Assembly (NCBI GenBank): GCA_029856435.1
Contig: JAHQXB010000092.1
Location: 1 to 16,424, forward strand
DNA: 16,424 nucleotides
Source of the DNA: Candidatus Jordarchaeia archaeon
GTDB taxonomy: Archaea; Asgardarchaeota; Jordiarchaeia; Jordiarchaeales; Jordiarchaeaceae
Reading direction: 5' to 3'
In this document: positions 14,272 to 16,424 of the stretch, piece after piece
Layout of the letters: each line of letters begins with the position of its first letter
Numbering within the stretch: position 1 is the stretch's first letter
Translations under genes and position numbers: made by a program
The notes under the pieces: model-generated
The model's database searches: none
Seen by the model: the letters and a program-made list of their open reading frames with translations, nothing else
What the model was told of the DNA's origin: nothing

Positions 14272-15909
14272 ACGAGACGGCGAACAGACTTCCTTGTGAT
14301 TGGTTCGGGAATTGCGGGTTTAAGTTTTGCTCTTAAAGCGGGGAACCATGGAACTGTTACGGTGGTCACTAAGAAGTCGAGTGTGGAGAGTAGTACCAAC
14401 TACGCTCAAGGTGGAATTGCCGCCGTTATGGATTTTGAGAGGGACAGCTTCGAATCTCACATAAAGGATACCTTAGAGGCGGGGGGATATCTTAACGATT
14501 TGGATGTAGTGGAAATAGTAGTAAAAGAGGCCCCTGAGAGAATAAAAGAGCTGATTGATATTGGGGTGGAGTTTGAAAAAAGGGAGAACGGCTCCTTTGA
14601 CTTAGCTATGGAGGGGGGACACAGCCAAAGGAGGATACTACACGTAGCAGACCTCACTGGTGCAGCCATCGAGAGAGCATTGGTGGATGCGTGCGAAAAG
14701 CATCCCAACGTCACTATCATTGAAAACGCCATGGCAATTGACCTAATAACTGCACGCAAGCTTAAACTAAAAACCGACGAAGACGAATGTTTGGGAGCCT
14801 ACATTTTCGACAAAAAGTCTGGTGAAATTAGTACCTACCTTGCAAATGTCACAGTACTGGCCACTGGTGGTTGCGGCCAAATTTACCTAAACACAACAAA
14901 CCCCAGCATCTCTACAGGGGATGGAATAGCAATGGCCTATAGAGTAGGGGCAAAAGTCAGAGATCTGGAATTTGTTCAGTTTCACCCCACAGTACTCTAC
15001 ACCGGAGAGAAAAGCTCCTTCCTCATCTCAGAGGCAGTAAGGGGAGAAGGAGGAGTACTTATGACTATTAGTGAATACGAAGAATTCCTAAAATCGGGAG
15101 AAAAAGACCCAACAAAGTTCTCTTTTATGAGGAAATATGATGAAAGAGGAAGCCTAGCTACCCGAGACATCGTAGCCAGAGCCATAGACCGAGAACTGAA
15201 AAAGAGTGGAGACCGTTACGTGTACCTCTACATCGCACACCTAGATCCGGAACACATCAAGGAGCGCTTCCCAAACATTTACAATACCTGCCTATCTTAT
15301 GGCATAGACATAACAAAAGACCCCATTCCCGTAGTGCCAGCGGCTCACTATATGGTGGGAGGCATCGCTGTAAACAAGAATGGACAGGTTATCCGGAGAG
15401 ATAACCCCAACCAAGTTATTAATCGCCTTTATGCTATAGGTGAGGTGGCCTGCACGGGACTACACGGGGCGAATAGGCTTGCCAGCAATTCACTTCTGGA
15501 ATCTGTAGTCTTTGCCCACAGAAGCTACGTGGACTCCCTAAAATATTTAGAAAATCCAGTCAAAATACCACTAGAAGAAATGCCCCTATGGGACGCCACT
15601 AAATATAAACCCATAGATGAAAAAGTCTTTTTAAAACATGATTTTGACGAAATCAGACGCATAATGTGGAACTACGTAGGAATAGTAAGAAGCAACGAAA
15701 GATTGCAGAGAGCCATACGCCGCCTAAACCTTCTTGAGGAAGACATAAGCCACTATTACTGGAACTATATCCTAAACGAAGACCTAATAGAACTACGAAA
15801 CGTAATACTAGTAGCCCGCTTAATCGTAGAAGCATCAATGGAAAGAAAACAAAACATAGGACTATTCTACAACATAGACAACGAAAAAAGAGAAAAACAG
15901 TCTAATTAA
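14272..15909 (+). CDS. nadB: L-aspartate oxidase
   Basis: Motifs DFLVIGSGIAGL, STNYAQGGIA (no covalent-FAD His, unlike SdhA), EGGHS-x-x-RI-x-H, QFHPT, LISEAVRGEG, RDIV-x-RAI, PAAHY and GLHGANRLASNSLLE. The conserved N-terminus extends upstream of the track's GTG 14296 to an SD-spaced ACG at 14272. Confidence 0.92.
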   Translation, partial: TRRRTDFLVIGSGIAGLSFALKAGNHGTVTVVTKKSSVESSTNYAQGGIAAVMDFERDSFESHIKDTLEAGGYLNDLDVVEIVVKEAPERIKELIDIGVEFEKRENGSFDLAMEGGHSQRRILHVADLTGAAIERALVDACEKHPNVTIIENAMAIDLITARKLKLKTDEDECLGAYIFDKKSGEISTYLANVTVLATGGCGQIYLNTTNPSISTGDGIAMAYRVGAKVRDLEFVQFHPTVLYTGEKSSFLISEAVRGEGGVLMTISEYEEFLKSGEKDPTKFSFMRKYDERGSLATRDIVARAIDRELKKSGDRYVYLYIAHLDPEHIKERFPNIYNTCLSYGIDITKDPIPVVPAAHYMVGGIAVNKNGQVIRRDNPNQVINRLYAIGEVACTGLHGANRLASNSLLESVVFAHRSYVDSLKYLENPVKIPLEEMPLWDATKYKPIDEKVFLKHDFDEIRRIMWNYVGIVRSNERLQRAIRRLNLLEEDISHYYWNYILNEDLIELRNVILVARLIVEASMERKQNIGLFYNIDNEKREKQSN

Positions 15910-16377
15910 ACCAGAAAACAACATTCAACACTAATTTTAAAAATCTACAAAAATATTAAGACACCATCTCATACAAGATAAATTTGTAGAGATTAACAGG
16001 CTCAAACGTTTCAATTCTCCAATCTTGTTAAGTATATCAAAATTTCCTATTAATAAACTGGTTCTCATAGTAAACACCAAAAAATACATCAAACTAAAAA
16101 AGCTCCGAACCAAATGAAACAGAGCTAAAATCACAGGCGCGGTGTAGATTCGTTCGATTCCGCCTTCGAAAGAAGCTTTCATAGAGCTTCTTTTCTGATT
16201 TAGAGCCTCGATATGAGGGGTAGAATCGGACTAATCTACATCACCAAATCACAGGTTTGGAAAAATTTATAAAAAATTTAATAGTTCCTTTAATTTCAAA
16301 GATAGAAAAATGCTTGTGGCGGTTTTTTGCTGCCGGGCTTTTTCTATTTTGGTTAAATGTTTGTAAGATGAGTGGAT

Positions 16378-16424
16378 ATGTCTGAACCTGAAGAGTTTAA
16401 AGTTGTTGAAGATTTGAGGCCCGG
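16378..16424 (+). CDS. 5' end of a probable OB-fold single-stranded DNA-binding protein; runs off the window
   Basis: MSEPEEFKVVEDLRP(G) matches the 'K-V-x-D-L-x-P-G' opening of archaeal SSB/RPA OB folds. Only 15 residues are visible. Confidence 0.45.
   Translation, partial: MSEPEEFKVVEDLRP

Noticed and set aside
1686-15838. Track ORFs overlapping identified genes (1686-1895, 2222-2410, 2600-2854, 2959-3165, 3521-3898, 6159-6377, 7512-7766, 7618-7818, 8032-8256, 8891-9238, 10225-10422, 11410-11658, 11950-12198, 12123-12320, 12343-12609, 12625-12852, 13461-13724, 14027-14218, 14457-14759, 14997-15185, 15653-15838)
   Set aside because: Antisense or alternative-frame overlaps of well-supported genes, with no recognisable motifs or SD sites.
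15937-16182. 81-aa hydrophobic minus-strand ORF, with a 9-bp hairpin (16169-16193) over its start
   Set aside because: Hydrophobicity is expected from the T/G-rich minus strand here, and there is no SD or motif. It cannot be excluded as a small or decayed membrane gene.
1-16424. CRISPR array, tRNA or rRNA genes
   Set aside because: No regularly spaced direct repeats, cloverleaf or T-loop signatures, or rRNA-like GC-rich segments were seen by eye.

Overview
AT-rich archaeal window: TATA/BRE promoters, GGAGG/GAGGTG ribosome-binding sites and oligo-T terminators. A Roadblock/LC7 protein and a PH-like protein are compatible with an Asgard-type genome, but that placement is inference. In order, the window holds the 5' end of an NDP-forming acyl-CoA synthetase, an Aur1/PAP2-like membrane protein, a PH-like protein, Hsp20, YjbQ and Roadblock. 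About 1.8 kb of decayed minus-strand ORFs follows, interrupted by a 242-bp IS200/IS605-derived mini-element (tnpB 3' end plus probable omegaRNA scaffold). Next is a minus-strand run: an amidohydrolase-like/YjbQ fusion, a 55-aa Zn-finger ORF missing from the ORF track, two tandem MBL-fold paralogues and a beta-CASP nuclease. The window ends with a small membrane protein, an acyl-CoA dehydrogenase-fold protein, a GNAT, nadB and the start of a probable SSB/OB-fold gene. The strongest oddities are (1) an amidohydrolase barrel that has lost its metal ligands fused to a His-retaining YjbQ domain, (2) an ACAD lacking Glu at both known catalytic-base positions, (3) a clean mini-IS605 insertion after TTTAT whose removal rejoins a host reading frame, (4) paired HxHxEH MBL paralogues, and (5) a 5' G/T to 3' A/C wobble-base gradient along genes. 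No tRNA, rRNA or CRISPR array was seen. All family calls come from motif recognition by eye; no searches were run.
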